A stretch of 63,783 nt of DNA, filler included, from Chiloscyllium plagiosum (GCF_004010195.1; 4 parts of one record of this genome joined end to end with filler, not necessarily neighbours in it); one strand, 5' to 3'. Shown: positions 11,700 to 24,248, counted from the first letter of the whole stretch. The notes: a model not told the origin generated them from the sequence alone. Numbers and translations: made by a program.

Positions 11700-13450
11700 T
11701 CAGCCTATAGGCTATTTGCAGCACAGAAGGAGACCATTCAGTCCATCGTGTTTATATTAGCCATAAAAAATTATTGAATCCAATCCAATTTTTCAGCTTT
11801 TACTTTGTGGCTTTGTACAGTACTGCACCTCAGGCACATTTTAAAAAAAATAAAATTACGGTTTGTTCCACCCTCTGGGTAAAACATTACTCCTCAACTC
11901 CCCTCTAATCCTTCTCTCAATTAATTTAAATCTATACATTGATTATTGGTCTCTTTGCTTATGGATCCTTTTTATCTACTTTTTCTAAGTCCTTGACGAT
12001 TTTATCTGTATAATAAACTCTCCTCACGTCTCTCTTTCCCCCTCCCCACCCCTACTCCTCTCTGTTCCAAAGTAAATGAGCCCAAACTGTCTCAGCATGA
12101 GCACATTACTTTTATAATCTGGGCATTTAAAATAATCTGCATTCTCTCTATATTATTAACCTGTCCTGCTGCCATCAGGCATCTATCAATGTGTATGCTA
12201 TGGTCCCTCAGTTTCCCCAAACTTCTGAGAATCCTACCAGTCATTCTGTTTGTCCTCCTAATAGTTAGAGTCGTACAGCATGGAAACAATGTGTCCAATG
12301 TGTCTGCGGCAACCATACATCTCAAGCTGACCTAGACCCATTTGCCTGTATTTGGACCATATTCCTCTCATCCCTTTCTATTCATATACCATCCAGATAC
12401 CTCTTAAATGTTGTAATGTACTCTTCACCACTTCCTCTGGCAGACTGTTCCATACACACACTCTGTGTGAAAGCATTACTTCTCAGGTCCCTTTAAAATT
12501 TTTCCCCATTCATGTTAAACCTATGCCCTCTAGTTTTGGACTCCCCTACCCTGGGAAAAACACCATGGCTATTAATTTTATCCATGTCCCTCATGGTTTT
12601 GTAAACCTCTAAAGTCATCCCTCAGCATCTAATGCTCCAGGGAAAAAGCCCCAGCCTAGTTAGCCTCTTCCAATAACTCAAACCCGGCAACATCCTTGTA
12701 AATCTTTTCTGCACTCTCCCAAGTTTAACAGCATCCTTCCTATAGAAGGGTGACCAGAATTGTATGTAGTATTCCAAAAGTGGCCTCACCAATGTTTTGT
12801 ACAGCTGCAACATGACCTCCTGGCTCCTATACTCATTGTTCTAATCATTGAAGGCAAGTGTGCCAAACGCTTTCTTCACCACCCTGTCCACCGGTGACCC
12901 CATTTCCAAGGAAATATGCACCTTCACTGCTAGGTTTCTTTGTTTGACAACAGTCCCCAGAGCCCCTTCTCCAGGTTGTCTCCTATTTATTTCATTTCTG
13001 TTCATCTGACCAGTCCATTTATAGCATCCTACAGTCTACAACTTCCCTCCTCGCCATCAACTATGTGGCTAATCTCTGTAATGCCAGCCAATTCCTTAAT
13101 CATTTATCTCACTGGAATTGGAAATCATTGATACATACCACAAAAAGAACAAGGTACCCAGTATCAAGCCCATCAAACCCACAATGGCAAATACTTTTGC
13201 CACAAACACTGTTAATCCAACTGTTTAATTTCTGTCACTGTGCCGAGTTTGGATGCAACTTGTCACTTGGATTCCATGAGCCTTTACTTTTGTGACCAGG
13301 CTGCTAGAGGGAACCTTCTCAAAACCTTGTTACCATGCATGTAGATGACATCACACACTATCTTATCAACCCTCCTCGCTCTTTTCTTGAGTACCTCAAT
13401 CGCATTAATCAGACATGACCTTCCTTCCACAGAACTGTGTTGCCTGGCTT
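11700..13450 (-). mobile_element. Nested decayed CR1 fragments (HER1-like copy about 12263-12960 inside an older copy)
   Basis: ORF 12622-12813 LYKTLVRPLLEYYIQFWSP; flanks show degenerate minus-strand CR1 3' and RT sequence. Confidence 0.75.
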
Positions 13451-13489
13451 TAATGAGTGCCCTCTAATGACAGTTGGTACTCAACTGAA

Positions 13490-14400
13490 CTCTGTAGATG
13501 TGGGTGCAAAGTTCACACCTTCTGAAGAAGCAGTTCACAAAGTTTACTAGACAAACAGAATGTGTGGGATATCTCATGAGGAAATTTTGGACAGGTCAGA
13601 CTTGGATCTGCTGGAGTTGAGAAGGAAAAGAGCTGACATGACTGAAATGTACAGGATCCTAAGGAAACTTGTCACGTTAAAAGTGGAGAGAATGGTTCCC
13701 CTTGTAGGAAAACCTAGAACCATGGGGTCACTGTTGAGAAATAAGCATTGTATACAGTTTTGACCTCCATATCTAAGGAAGGATATACTTTCCGTAGAGG
13801 AGTGCAATGGAGACTCATCAGATTATGAAGAAAATTGAGGCAACTGTATTCCCTTGAGTTTCGAAGAATGTGAGGTGATCTCATTAAAACTTCCCAAATT
13901 CTTATAGGGACACAAAGGTGGATTTGTAGAAGATGTTTCCCTTGGCTTGTTACACTCAAATCAGGGATGTAGTCTCAGGAAAAAGGATAGGCCATTTATG
14001 ACTGAAATATAGAAGCTTCTTTGGAATGCTTTAATTGAACAATGGAAGTTTAATCAGTAAACATGTTCAAGACAGAAATCAATACACTTCTGGAGAATAA
14101 TAGTCAAAGTGTGTCATTGGAAAAGCACAGCAGGTCAGGCAGCATCTGAGGAGCAGGAGAGTCGACGCTTTGGGCATAAACTCTTCATCGTTCCTTACAC
14201 CCAAAATATCAATTTTCCTGCTCCTCGGGTGCTGCCTGACCTGCTATGCTTTTTCCAGTGCCACTCTTTTCATCTTCGACTCTTTGGCATCTGCAGTCCT
14301 CATGTTCTCCTCCTAGTTCCTGGAGAAGAATGATATTAAGAGACAGCTGATCAGCTGTATTCTAAATGAATAGATGGGTTGAATGGTCTCTGTGTGCTTC
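13490..14400 (+). mobile_element. Old CR1 3' fragments
   Basis: Degenerate LELRRKRADMTEMYRIL and LYSLEFRRM*GDLIKT motifs. Confidence 0.65.
14102..14319. mobile_element. Fold-back PLE derivative, family A
   Basis: ggaaaagcacagcaggtcaggcagca is inverted with gctgcctgacctgctatgctttttcc; TSD-like CTGGAGAATAAT (14090-14101) and CTGGAGAAGAAT (14320-14331). Confidence 0.8.
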
Positions 14401-15094
14401 TGTTTCTAATTTTGGGTGGAACTGGAAGAGGGAATCATTTCTGCTTTGGGCCGACGGCCATGGTTTACGTGAAAATCTAAAACACAGTATGTGAAACATA
14501 TCATGCAATATTGTATTGTCATTTGGGATATTTGGATTTTAAAATAGACCTAAAATAGATGTGTGCTTTCAGTTTTGTGAAGGGAAATGGTTATTTTTTT
14601 TAAGAGGTCAGTAAAATCATTTGAAACAGTGACCTTAAGACATTAATTTCCAAAAAGACAAGTGATTAAGAAAGCAAGTCCTGTAGGGAAGGATCTGCCA
14701 TCCTTAGCTGGTCTGGCCTTCATGTGACTCCAGACCCATAGCAAGGTATTTGACTCTTAACTACCCCCTGAGCAATTAGGCATGGGTCATAAATGCTGTC
14801 CTGGCCAGTGATGCTCATGAATGAATTTTAAAAAGTGATTAAGTGCTTGTGCTGTTAACTGCTAAGATGTTTACAAAGTTAAACTTTTACGACATACAGA
14901 GAAAACTGACGAGGGACATTTTAATAGTTTGAGTTCAATTCCAAAGCTGCTTTCTGTTGCTAAGAATCAGGTATGTAAGTTCAGGAGAATAATATCACCC
15001 TCAGAAGAGCAGGTTAGTCTTGTGAAGCGTCCAAATTGAGAGAGTTTAGGTAAAAGTTTTCATGGTGTTAAAACTGAAATGAGGTTGAAGTGAT

Positions 15095-15490
15095 CGGAGG
15101 CTGAGGGTGACCTTATAGAGGTTTATAAAATCATGAGGGGCATGGGAAGGGTAAATAGACAAGGTCTTTTCCCAGGGATGTGGGAGTCCAGAACTAGAGG
15201 GCATAGGTTTAGAGTGAGAGGTAAAAAATTTAAAAGGGACCTAAGGGGCAACTTTTTCAAGCAGAGGGTGGTGCATGTATGGAATGAGCTGCCAGAGGAA
15301 GTGTTGGAGGCTAGTACAATTACAACATTTAAAAAGCATCTGGATGGGTATATGAATAGGAAGGGTTTGGAGAGATATGGGCCAAGTGCTGGCACATGGG
15401 ACCAGATTAGTTTAGGCTATCTGGTTGGCATAGATGAGTTGGACTGAAGGGTCTGTTTCCTTGCTGGATATCTCTATGACTCTATGACTT
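15095..15490 (+). mobile_element. CR1 (HER1-like) 3' end
   Basis: ORF 15133-15447 GHRFRVRG...FFKQRVVHVWNELP; CTATGACT tail. Confidence 0.95.
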
Positions 15491-15973
15491 TATGATCAGA
15501 ACTGGAAAGGAGTCTCTAGGCCATTGATACAGGAAAGAGTCTGTTAAGTAAGAAATTAAGCACTCTTAAGTAATTACACAGTGACATTGAGTATCTGTAA
15601 AGGATATATGCTGTTTTGCTCTTCATGTGCTAAACTTTCTAGTATGTACATAGAGCTTTATTTGTTTTTCCCTTTTTGTAATAAACTTTTGTCCTTTTGT
15701 TAAAGAACATTGGCAGTCTCTCTGGAATATGTTCACTTGCTAACCAGCATGGTAACCAATTGCAAAAATTAAACTTACTCTAGTATCTTACATCCAATCA
15801 GATTATCAGCTGGCATCATAACAATGTGCAACATGCAGCAAGGGTTGGATTTCTGATGGATATCAGTTCAGGAGCTCCAACAGACTATTTGGGCAAACAG
15901 GGCAGCTCTCTATCAAGGCCCCAACCTTCATGTAAGTGGTTTAAAAAGGCAGCTCACCACCACCTTCCAAAGG

Positions 15974-16103
15974 TGAAAGTGAGGACTGCAGATGATGGAG
16001 ATTAGAGTCAAGAGTGTGGTGCTGGAAGAGCACAGCAGGTCAGGCAGCATCCAAGGAGCAGAAAAATCGATATTTCAGGCAATAGCCCTTCATCAGGAAT
16101 CTG
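15974..16103 (-). mobile_element. Solo PLE terminal arm carrying a hammerhead motif
   Basis: Family A arm with a perfect 9-bp TSD TTCCAAAGG at 15965-15973 and 16104-16112. Confidence 0.85.
16069..16096 (-). ncRNA. Minimal hammerhead ribozyme motif, family A
   Basis: Minus strand CUGAUGA-A-GGGC-UAUU-GCCU-GAAA-U-AUC. Confidence 0.6.
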
Positions 16104-16904
16104 TTCCAAAGGACAACTCAAGATGAACAATAAATGCTGGCTAGCTAGTGACTTTCGTGTCCCACAAGTAAATAACAAAAAAGATAGACGAGTATTGAGA
16201 GTTTACTGGGAAACGAGAACAAACCTGCACGATTCTTCAGCAGTGCTCAAATGCCAGTTGGGTATTTACAGACTGAAATCTTTGCTGACTCACGTATGTT
16301 GGCTGTTCCCAGGGAGCTCCAATGGTCAATGAGGCCACACTCTAGGGCAATGAGCAATGGCTGCAAAGCCTAAATATTGGCTGCCTGACTGTCATCCTAT
16401 TGTGGTTAATCAGGTGAGCTTATTGGGACAATGTTAGGAGGTATTTGTCACTTGTTGAATGTATCTGTGTATGGCAGTCACACTGGAACACTGGAAAAGC
16501 TAAGATTGAAATGGTGAAGTCAGAGGGTCACAGCAGATCCATGTGCTACAGCATCCGGCGAATATCAATGATCACATCCAGGGATAGTCTCTAACATCAG
16601 CTCTCGAACATCTAGAAGTGGTTTGTCTATACCCTGAAGGTGCACTGCTGTGCCAGGGACCATCTTCTTTGTCTTCCCTGGATGGCTGTCTCCAGATCCC
16701 CCTCCCCCTCTAATGCTGCCTCTTGCTGGTTTTATGGATTTAGTTAATAACCAACAAGAGACTTCAATTGTCACATCCTCTCCTGCTCCAGAATAGAAGG
16801 GTATGTGATACATGTAGGTTTCCACCAAGTGAAAGGCCCATACGTTTCCTGGAGCTGATCCATAGTAAAGTTTCCCACTTCTCTCATTGGCCACATGTAA
16901 AACT

Positions 16905-17695
16905 CCACTCCCCCCTCGCCCCCAATACTGGCCTCATCCCACTGGCTCTGTACTCCCCACTCGCCCCAACACTGGTGTCCTCCCACTGACTCTGTACTCC
17001 TCACTCACCCCAAAACTGGCCTCATCCCACTAGCTCTGTACTCCCCATTCGCCCCAACACTGGCCTCATCCCACTGGCTCTGTACTCCCCACTCGCCCCA
17101 ACACTGGTGTCCTCCCACTGGCTCTGTACTCCCCACTCGCACCCAATACTGGCCTCATCCCACTGGCTCTGTACTCCCCACTCGCCCCAACACTGGCCTC
17201 ATCCCACAGGCTCTGTACTTCCCACTCGACCCCAACACTGGCCTCATCCCACTGGCTCTGTACTCTCCACACGCCCCAATACTAGCCTNNNNNNNNNNNN
17301 TCTGTACTTCCCACTCGCCCCCAACACTGGCCTCATCCCACTGGCTCTGTACTCCCCACACGCCCCAATACTGGCCTCATCCCACTGGCTCTGTACTCCC
17401 CACTCGCCCCAACACTGGTGTCCTCCCACTGGCTCTGTACTCCCCATTCGCCCCCAACACTGGCCTCCTCCCAGTGGCTCTGTACTCCCCACTCGCCCCC
17501 AACACTGGTGTCCTCCCACCGGCTCTGTACTCCCCACTCGCCCCAACACTGGTGTCCTCCAACTGGCTCTGTACTCCCCATTCACCCCCAACACTGGCCT
17601 CCTCCCAGTGGATCTGTACTCCCCACTTGCCCCCAACACTGGTGTCCTCCCACCGGCTCTGTACTCCCCACTCGCCCCAACACTGGTGTCCTTCC
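16905..17695. repeat. Minisatellite, 43-44 bp unit, about 18 copies
   Basis: Unit ccccaacactgg(cctcat/tgtcct)cccactggctctgtactccccactcg; internal N gap 17289-17300. Confidence 0.97.
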
Positions 17696-18239
17696 ATACA
17701 TGATAGACTTGTTTTTTTTATTCAATCAAAAGATGTGGACATTGCTGGCTGGACACATCCCAAACTGCCTTTAAGAAGAGGGTGGCAAGCTGCTTTTTTT
17801 GAACTTCTGTAGTTCATTTGATGTAGTCTGCTTGCAAGCAATTAGGGGGGGAGGTTTAGGATTTTGACCCAGCGATGCTGGTTCCAAGTCTGAATGGTAA
17901 GCGATTTGGAAGGGAACGTGTAGATGGGATTAAAGGCTTATTGGCGACAGGGTTACAAGGTAGGTTAAAGGACAGAAAACAGAAATTAGTGGTGAGTGGT
18001 TGTTTTTCAAATATGAAGGAGGTACAGGGTAACGTTCTCTGAAAGCTGGTGATATAATGAATATTCTTTCAGACCTGTTATTTGCCTGGACTAGGGTGTG
18101 CTGGGCATAATTTCTGAGTTTATTTACTATGTTTCCAAGTTTTTCATTATCTATAATGAGGACAAAGATTGGTAAAATGAATAGATAAATGTAATTTAAG
18201 CAGTAGTGGTGTCATGTACTTTGGTAGGAAGAACAAAAG

Positions 18240-19151
18240 AAGAATCAAATTGGCAAGGGTAGCCTGGAGGCAGATTTCATTGAATGTATCAGAGATTGTT
18301 TCTTAGAGCAGTTTGTTGTGGAACCACCCAGGGAGCAGGCTACTCTGGATTTGGTATTGTGTAATGAGGAGAGATTAATTGATGACATCATAGTTAAGCA
18401 TCCTCGGGGGTGGAATAATCATAGTACGATAGAATTCAAAATTTCATTTGGGGATGAGAAAGTGGAGTCCCACGGTAATGTTCTGGAATTAAACAAAGTA
18501 AATTATGTAGCATGAGGCCAGATTTGGCCTGAGTAGATTGGGCAGGAAGGCTAAAAGCTATGACAGTAGCTGAACAGTGGCAGATTTTTAAGGAGCTATT
18601 CAATTCCTTACAATTAAAGTGGGTGGCACAGTGGTTAGCACTGCTGCCTCACATCGCCAGAGACCCGGGTTCAATTCTCGCCTCAGGTGACTCTCTGTGT
18701 GGAGTTTGCACATTCTTCCCGTGTCTGCGTGGGTTTCCTCCGGGTGCTCCAGTTTCTGGTGCAGGTCAGGTGAACTGGCCATGCTAAATTGCCCGTAGAG
18801 TTAGGTGAAGGGGTAAATGTAGGGGAATGGGTCTGGGTGGGTTGCAGGTCGGTGTGGACTTGTTGGGCTGAAGGGCCTGTTTCCACACTGTAAGTAATCT
18901 AATCTCCCAGTGAGGAAGGAAGATGGTAAAGGGGTAAAAATCATCCATGGCTAAACAAGAAGGTCAAGGAAAATATAAAGTCAAAAACTAAGGTATACCA
19001 TATTGAAAAGGTCAGTGGCAGGCTGGAAGATTGGAAACTTTCAAACATAAACAAAGGGATATGATAAAATTAATAAAAAGAGCGAAGGTAAATTATGAAA
19101 GAAAACTAGTACCAAATATCTAAAAGGATAGCAAAAGCTTCCATAAGTATG
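18240..19151 (+). mobile_element. CR1 endonuclease/linker fragment interrupted by an HE1 SINE
   Basis: ORF 18318 EPPREQATLDLVLCNE; resumes after the SINE with HPWLNKKVK and ends at DSKSFHKY. Confidence 0.85.
18620..18904 (+). mobile_element. HE1-type V-SINE
   Basis: Pol III A box TGGCACAGTGG, B box GGTTCAATTC, V-core GTGTGGAGTTTGCACATT...GGGTTTCCTCCGGGTGCTCC, CR1-like tail. Confidence 0.92.
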
Positions 19152-19293
19152 TACTACATATGTCTCTGCGTACAAAAGTACCTATTTGAAAATGGCAGGG
19201 TGGATGATATATTTTCAGATATCTATTATACAAAGTTTACAGAGAGGCTACAGGAGGTGTTGAAAGATTGGCAACCTCAGGTCAGCTCTCTGG
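19152..19293 (+). pseudogene. QRICH1: QRICH1 coding fragment (DUF3504 region), 5'-truncated, followed by a GTAAGT donor
   Basis: Translates without stops as [48 protein letters not shown], matching recalled human QRICH1 [48 protein letters not shown]. Upstream sequence is CR1; donor at 19294-19299. Confidence 0.88.
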
Positions 19294-19431
19294 GTAAGTG
19301 AATATCTATCTACATGTGTATTTCTGTCAGGGAACACAAATGGATATGGCCAACCTTTTAGGCAATATAATTTTAGTTTTTGTTTCTTAAAACAGTATTT
19401 ACTGAAAAAATAAATCACAGTGAAAGACATT

Positions 19432-21221
19432 TTATTCATACGTGAGGAATAAGAGAATGAACAGGGAGAAGGTAGGGCCGATCAGGGATAGCGGAGGGAA
19501 CTTGTACGTGGAGTCTGAGCAGATGGGGGAAGCCCTAAATGAGATTTTTGCTTCAGTTTTCACCAAGGAAAGGGAATTTGTTGTAAATGAAAACTTAGAG
19601 GAGCTGGGATACAGTCTTGACCAGATCAAGATTGATGAAGTTGATGTGCTAAAAATTTTGGAAAACATTAAGATGGACAAGCCCCCAGGGCCAGACCAGA
19701 TTTATCCTAGGCTGCTCCAGAAAGCGAGAAAGGAGGTTACTAAGCCGCTGGTGAGGATATTTGCCTCCTCACTCTGCACAGGAGTCATACCGGAAGATTG
19801 GAAGGAGGCAAATGTTCCTCTTTTCAAGAAGGTTACTGGGGAAGTCCCTGGCAATTACAGACCAGTCAGTCTTATGTCTGTGGTCAGCAAAATTTTGGAA
19901 AGAATTCTGAGGGATAGGATTTATGACTATTTGGCAACTCATAGTGTGATTAAAGGCAGTCAGCATGGCTTTGTGAGGGGCAGGTCATGCCTCACAAATC
20001 TTATTGAGTTCTTTGAGGAGGTGTCGAGACAGGTCAATGACGGTTGAGCAGTGGATGTGGTGTATATGGACTTCAGCAAGGCATTTGATAAGGTTCCCCA
20101 TGGTCGGCTCATTCATAAAGTCAGGACGTATGGGATACAGGGAGATTTGGCTACCTGGATTCAGTATTGGCTGGCTGACAGAAGACAGTGATTGTGGATG
20201 GAAAGTATTCTGCCTGGAGGTCCATGTTGAGTGGGGTCCCAAAGGGGTCTGTTCTTGGGCCTCTGCTCTTTGTAGTTTTTATAAATGACTTGGATGAGGA
20301 CGTTGAGGGGTGGATGAGTAAATTTGCAGATGACACAAAGGTTGGAGGTATCATCGATAATATAGAGGGCTACTGCAGGCTGCAGCGTGACATAGACAGG
20401 ATGCAGAGCTGGGCTGAGAAATGGCAGATGGAGTTAAACCTGGATAAATGCGAAGTGATGCATTTTGGAAGGTAGAATTCGAATGCTGAACATAGGATTA
20501 AAGACAGGATTCTTGGCAGTGTGGAGGAACAGAGGGATCTGGGTGTGCAAGTACATAGATACCTCAAAATTGCCACCCAAGTGGATAGGATTGTTAAGAA
20601 AGCATATGGTGTTTTGGCTTTCATTAACAAGGGTATCTAGTTTAAGAGCCGTGAGGTTTTGCTGCAGCTCTACAAGTCCCTGGTGAGACCACACTTGGAA
20701 TATTCTGTCCAGTTCTATTATAGGAAAGTTACAGAGGCTTTGGAGAGGCTGCAAAGAAGGTTTACCAGGATGCTGCTTGGACTGCAGGGCTTGCCTAATG
20801 AAGAGAGGTTGAATAAACTCTGACTTTTCTCTTTGGAGAGAAGGAGGGAGAGAGGAGATCTGATCGAGATGTACAAAACAATGGGTGGAATAGATAGAGT
20901 CAATAGCCAGTGACTTTTCCCCAGGGCAAGATCGACTGGTATGAGAATCATAGTTTGAAGATATTAGGAGGAAGGTATAAAGGAGACGTCAGAGGTAGGT
21001 TCTTTACACAGAGAATTGTGAATGCATGGAGTGCGTTGCCAGCTTTGGTGGTGGAAGCAGAGTCATTGCGGACATTTAAGCAACTGCTGGACATGCACAT
21101 GGAGAGCAGTGAGTTGAGGGGTGCATAGGTTAAGTTACTATATTTTACATTAGGATTAAACCTCAGCACAACATTGTGGGCCAAAGGGCCTGTTCTGTGC
21201 TGTAAGTTTCTATGTTCTATG
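19432..21221 (+). mobile_element. CR1 LINE, RT domain to 3' tail
   Basis: ORFs 19442-20047 and 20188-20475 (PGNYRPVSL, QHGFVRGRSCLTNL, KFADDTK); TTCTATG tail. Confidence 0.95.
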
Positions 21222-21393
21222 ACAGACATGTTCAAGTGGCACTTTGGCAGGTTTTCATGTGCTATCACCCGAGTAGAGTATAATCTACATTTCAGCACAA
21301 CATGTTTGGATTGGGGTAAGATTGAGATCTTATCTCTTGAATGTGCTAACTGCATTTTGAATGTGCATATAGACTTAAGAAAGAAGTGCGCTT

Positions 21394-21988
21394 TTAAAAA
21401 GGGTGGTAAGGACAAGCCAGGGAACTATAGCCCAGTGAGCCTGACCTCAGTGGTGGGCAAGTTGTTGGAGGGAATCCTGAGGGACAGGATGTACATGTAT
21501 TTGGAAAGGCAAGGACTAATTAGGGATAGTCAACATGGCTTTTTGTGTGGGAAATCATGTCTTCAAAAAAACTCAATCAAGTTTGTGAGAATTAACAAAG
21601 AGGATTGATGAGGGCAGAGCGGTAAATGTGATATATATGGACTTCAGTAAGGCATACGACAAGGTTCCCCATGGGAGACTGATTAGCAAGGTTAGATCTC
21701 ATGGAATACAGGAAGAACTAGCCATTTGGATACAGAACTGGCTCAAAGGTAAAAGACAGAGGGTGGTGGTGGAGGGTTGTTTTTCAGAATGGAGGCCTGT
21801 GACCAGTGGAGTACCACAAGGTGCTGGGTCCTCTACATTTTGTCATTTGCATAAATGATTTGGATGTGAGCATAAGAGGTACAGTTAGTAAGTTTGCAGA
21901 TGACACCAAAATTGGAGGAGTATGGACAACGAAGAGGGTTACCTCAGATTACAACAGGATCTGGACCAGATGGGCCAATGGGCTGAGA
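21394..21988 (+). mobile_element. CR1 RT fragment running into a gap
   Basis: KKGGKDKPGNYSPVSLTS and YMDFSKAYDKVPH; closely similar to 5752-6090 where they overlap. Confidence 0.93.
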
Positions 21989-22088
21989 NNNNNNNNNNNN
22001 NNNNNNNNNNNNNNNNNNNNNNNNNNNNNNNNTTAATTAATTAANNNNNNNNNNNNNNNNNNNNNNNNNNNNNNNNNNNNNNNNNNNN
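21989..22088. other. Artificial 100-nt spacer (44 N + TTAATTAATTAA + 44 N)
   Basis: Identical construct at 51569-51668 and 61134-61233; the 12-mer has stops in all six frames. Confidence 0.97.
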
Positions 22089-22569
22089 GCCCCGTGGCCC
22101 AACATTTCAACTCCCCCTCCGCCGAGGACATGGAGGTCCTGGGCCTCCTTCACTGCCGCTCCCTCACCACCAGACGCCTGGAGGAAGAACGCCTCATCTT
22201 CCGCCTCGGAACACTTCAACCTCAGGGCATCAATGTGGACTTCACCAGTTTTCTCATTTCCCCTCCCCCCACCTTACCCCAGTTCCAACCTTCCAGTTCA
22301 GCACTGTCCCCATGACCTGTCCTACTGGCCAATCTCCCTTCCCAGCTATCCGCTCCACCCTCCCCTCTGACCTATCACCTCCATCCCCACCTCCATTCAC
22401 CTATTGTACTCTTTGCTACCTTCCCCCCAGCTCCACCCCCATTTATCTCTCCACCCTGGAGGCTTTCCGCCTCTATTCCTGATGAAGGGCTTTTGCAAAA
22501 TGTCGATTTTCCAGCTCCTCGGATGCTGCCTGACCTGCTGTGCTTTTCCAGCACCACTCTGATCTAAAC
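22089..22569 (+). mobile_element. PLE 3' end (C-terminal GIY-YIG region plus terminal repeat)
   Basis: VAQHFNSPSAEDMEVLGLLHCRSLTTRRLEEERLIFRLGTLQPQGINVDF, then a pyrimidine-rich UTR and a damaged hammerhead starting at 22479. Confidence 0.9.
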
Positions 22570-24046
22570 ATTTGCTTGGATGATCCTAATTGCCATTTCT
22601 AGACTCACATTTGAATTTCCTTGTATTTCTCAGTAATCACCAACTTCTAACATCGTAAACCCTGGGAATAGCTTGCAACATAATTCAGTTTCATTCTGAT
22701 TGCATCCAGCCAGTACCTCTGTAGCAAATCCATTCTCAATGCTTTGTAAGTATCTGGTATTATTTTCTTCACCACACCACAATCATATTGTTATGTGGAA
22801 TGCACATCATTTACATTGCAACGATTAGACATTGTCCAACTTACAGCTTTGTATAAAAATCATTTCCAGTTGTTTTTTTTATCACCAAACGTTCCTTAAG
22901 TGAAAAAAAAACAGGGGTACCTGATACATCAGCTGTTAGCTTGGAACTGAACCTCCTAGGTCAGCAAGTTGACAGATTGATTAAAATAAAACAACATACT
23001 GCAGATGTTGGAAATCTGTATTAAAACAGAAGGTGTGAGAAAAATTCAGCAGTTTTGGCAAAGAGCTGGCAAATTAGATGGTCACTTAGAGGGGCAAAAG
23101 CTTGGGTGGAGGAATGGCAAATAAACTAAATAAACTGTCCACAAATCTACAGAAGTGAACATGCAGGCTTGAGCAGTTGGATTGAATGGTTTAAATCGGT
23201 TGGTATACATCCAGATAGAGTGAATTCCATATGGGTTTCCATGCATTTAGATTACATTTTATATTGTATTCCTTAATTTCTTTGCAAATATTTTACCAAT
23301 ATGTATGTACATCTATGTGAATACTTCAAAGCTGTGAAGCAATGAATAATATTTAGCCCACTTTCTTGTAATGATTATTGAGTAAACTGTAAATAAAATC
23401 ATTCAGCAATTGTTGCAGGAACACATAGAATGGCGCCATCCAAACCACATTACAATGTGCATTTCTTTAATGCATATCCTTACAAAAAAGTAGAACAATT
23501 AGAACTTGCAAAGGAGAATTTTATGATATGAATTGTAAGTAAAACAAATCTGTACTTATAAATGCAGAATTTTCATTGACAATAATGCACAATATCAATT
23601 GCTAAAAGTTAATTGCTAAATGGTAGACTGCACAAGACTGAAGGCTCACCTAAATTCTTGCACCGACCCTGGTCTGGAACCACCCGTGGAGAGAAATAGA
23701 GTGCCTGCTTTGTGCTGAATTTGACTAACATGGTCCTCGACAGCCTTGGAATATTTAGTGACAGGATAGCCAGCATTCCTGATTCAAATCCTGTTGGAAA
23801 TGCACATCTGGAGATTGTATGGGAAAAGTAATATCCATTGTCAAGCTCTCACCTAAAGAATGCCCCCCCTCAGGTTCAGTAATGGAAAACTGCTGATATC
23901 CAAGCCTCCACATATCTCAACAGCAGTCTGCTTTTAAGTAGTTGACAAAGTGGAAGGTAGAGGAGAGAAGAAATGTTTTCTGTTTTAAAATTGCAAAGGC
24001 AATTTAAGAAAAAGAAGGCGTCTGATTGGTTACCAGTCTTCTGTAG

Positions 24047-24248
24047 AGTTTAAACTCAGAACACCAGGTTACAGTCATACAGGTTCATTTGGAAGCACTA
24101 GTTTTTGGAGCACTGCTCCTTCAGGTGGTTGTCTTGATGAAGGAGCAGCGCTCCAAAAGTTAGTGCTTCCAAATAAATCTGTTGGACTACAAACTGTTGT
24201 GTGATTTTTAACTTTATACACCCCAGTCCAACATTGGCACTTCCCATT
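24047..24248. mobile_element. Fold-back PLE derivative, family B
   Basis: Arms tttggaagcactagtttttggagcactgctccttca and tgaaggagcagcgctccaaaagttagtgcttccaaa; TSD-like CAGTCTTCTGTAG (24034-24046) and CAGTCTTCTGCAG (24249-24261). Confidence 0.85.

Noticed and set aside
14490..15823. Possible solo LTR ending in ATCATAACA
   Set aside because: No second LTR, primer-binding site or clear TSD could be identified.
16565..16894. 109-aa minus-strand ORF in unique DNA
   Set aside because: No recognisable motif or convincing splice context.
16905..17695. CRISPR-like array or repetitive protein ORFs
   Set aside because: Units are contiguous with no unique spacers; the overlapping ORFs arise from a stop-poor tandem unit.
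21250..21320. Possible next QRICH1 exon after the CR1
   Set aside because: The phase-compatible frame stops after a few codons and lacks the expected LWECKQLGAHSP motif.
22033..22044. Palindromic TTAATTAATTAA repeated at 22033, 51613 and 61178
   Set aside because: Always centred in exactly 44+44 Ns with stops in six frames: an artificial linker, not biology.
22605..22750. Candidate exon with splice-like sites on both strands
   Set aside because: All tested frames contain stops and the peptides are unrecognisable.
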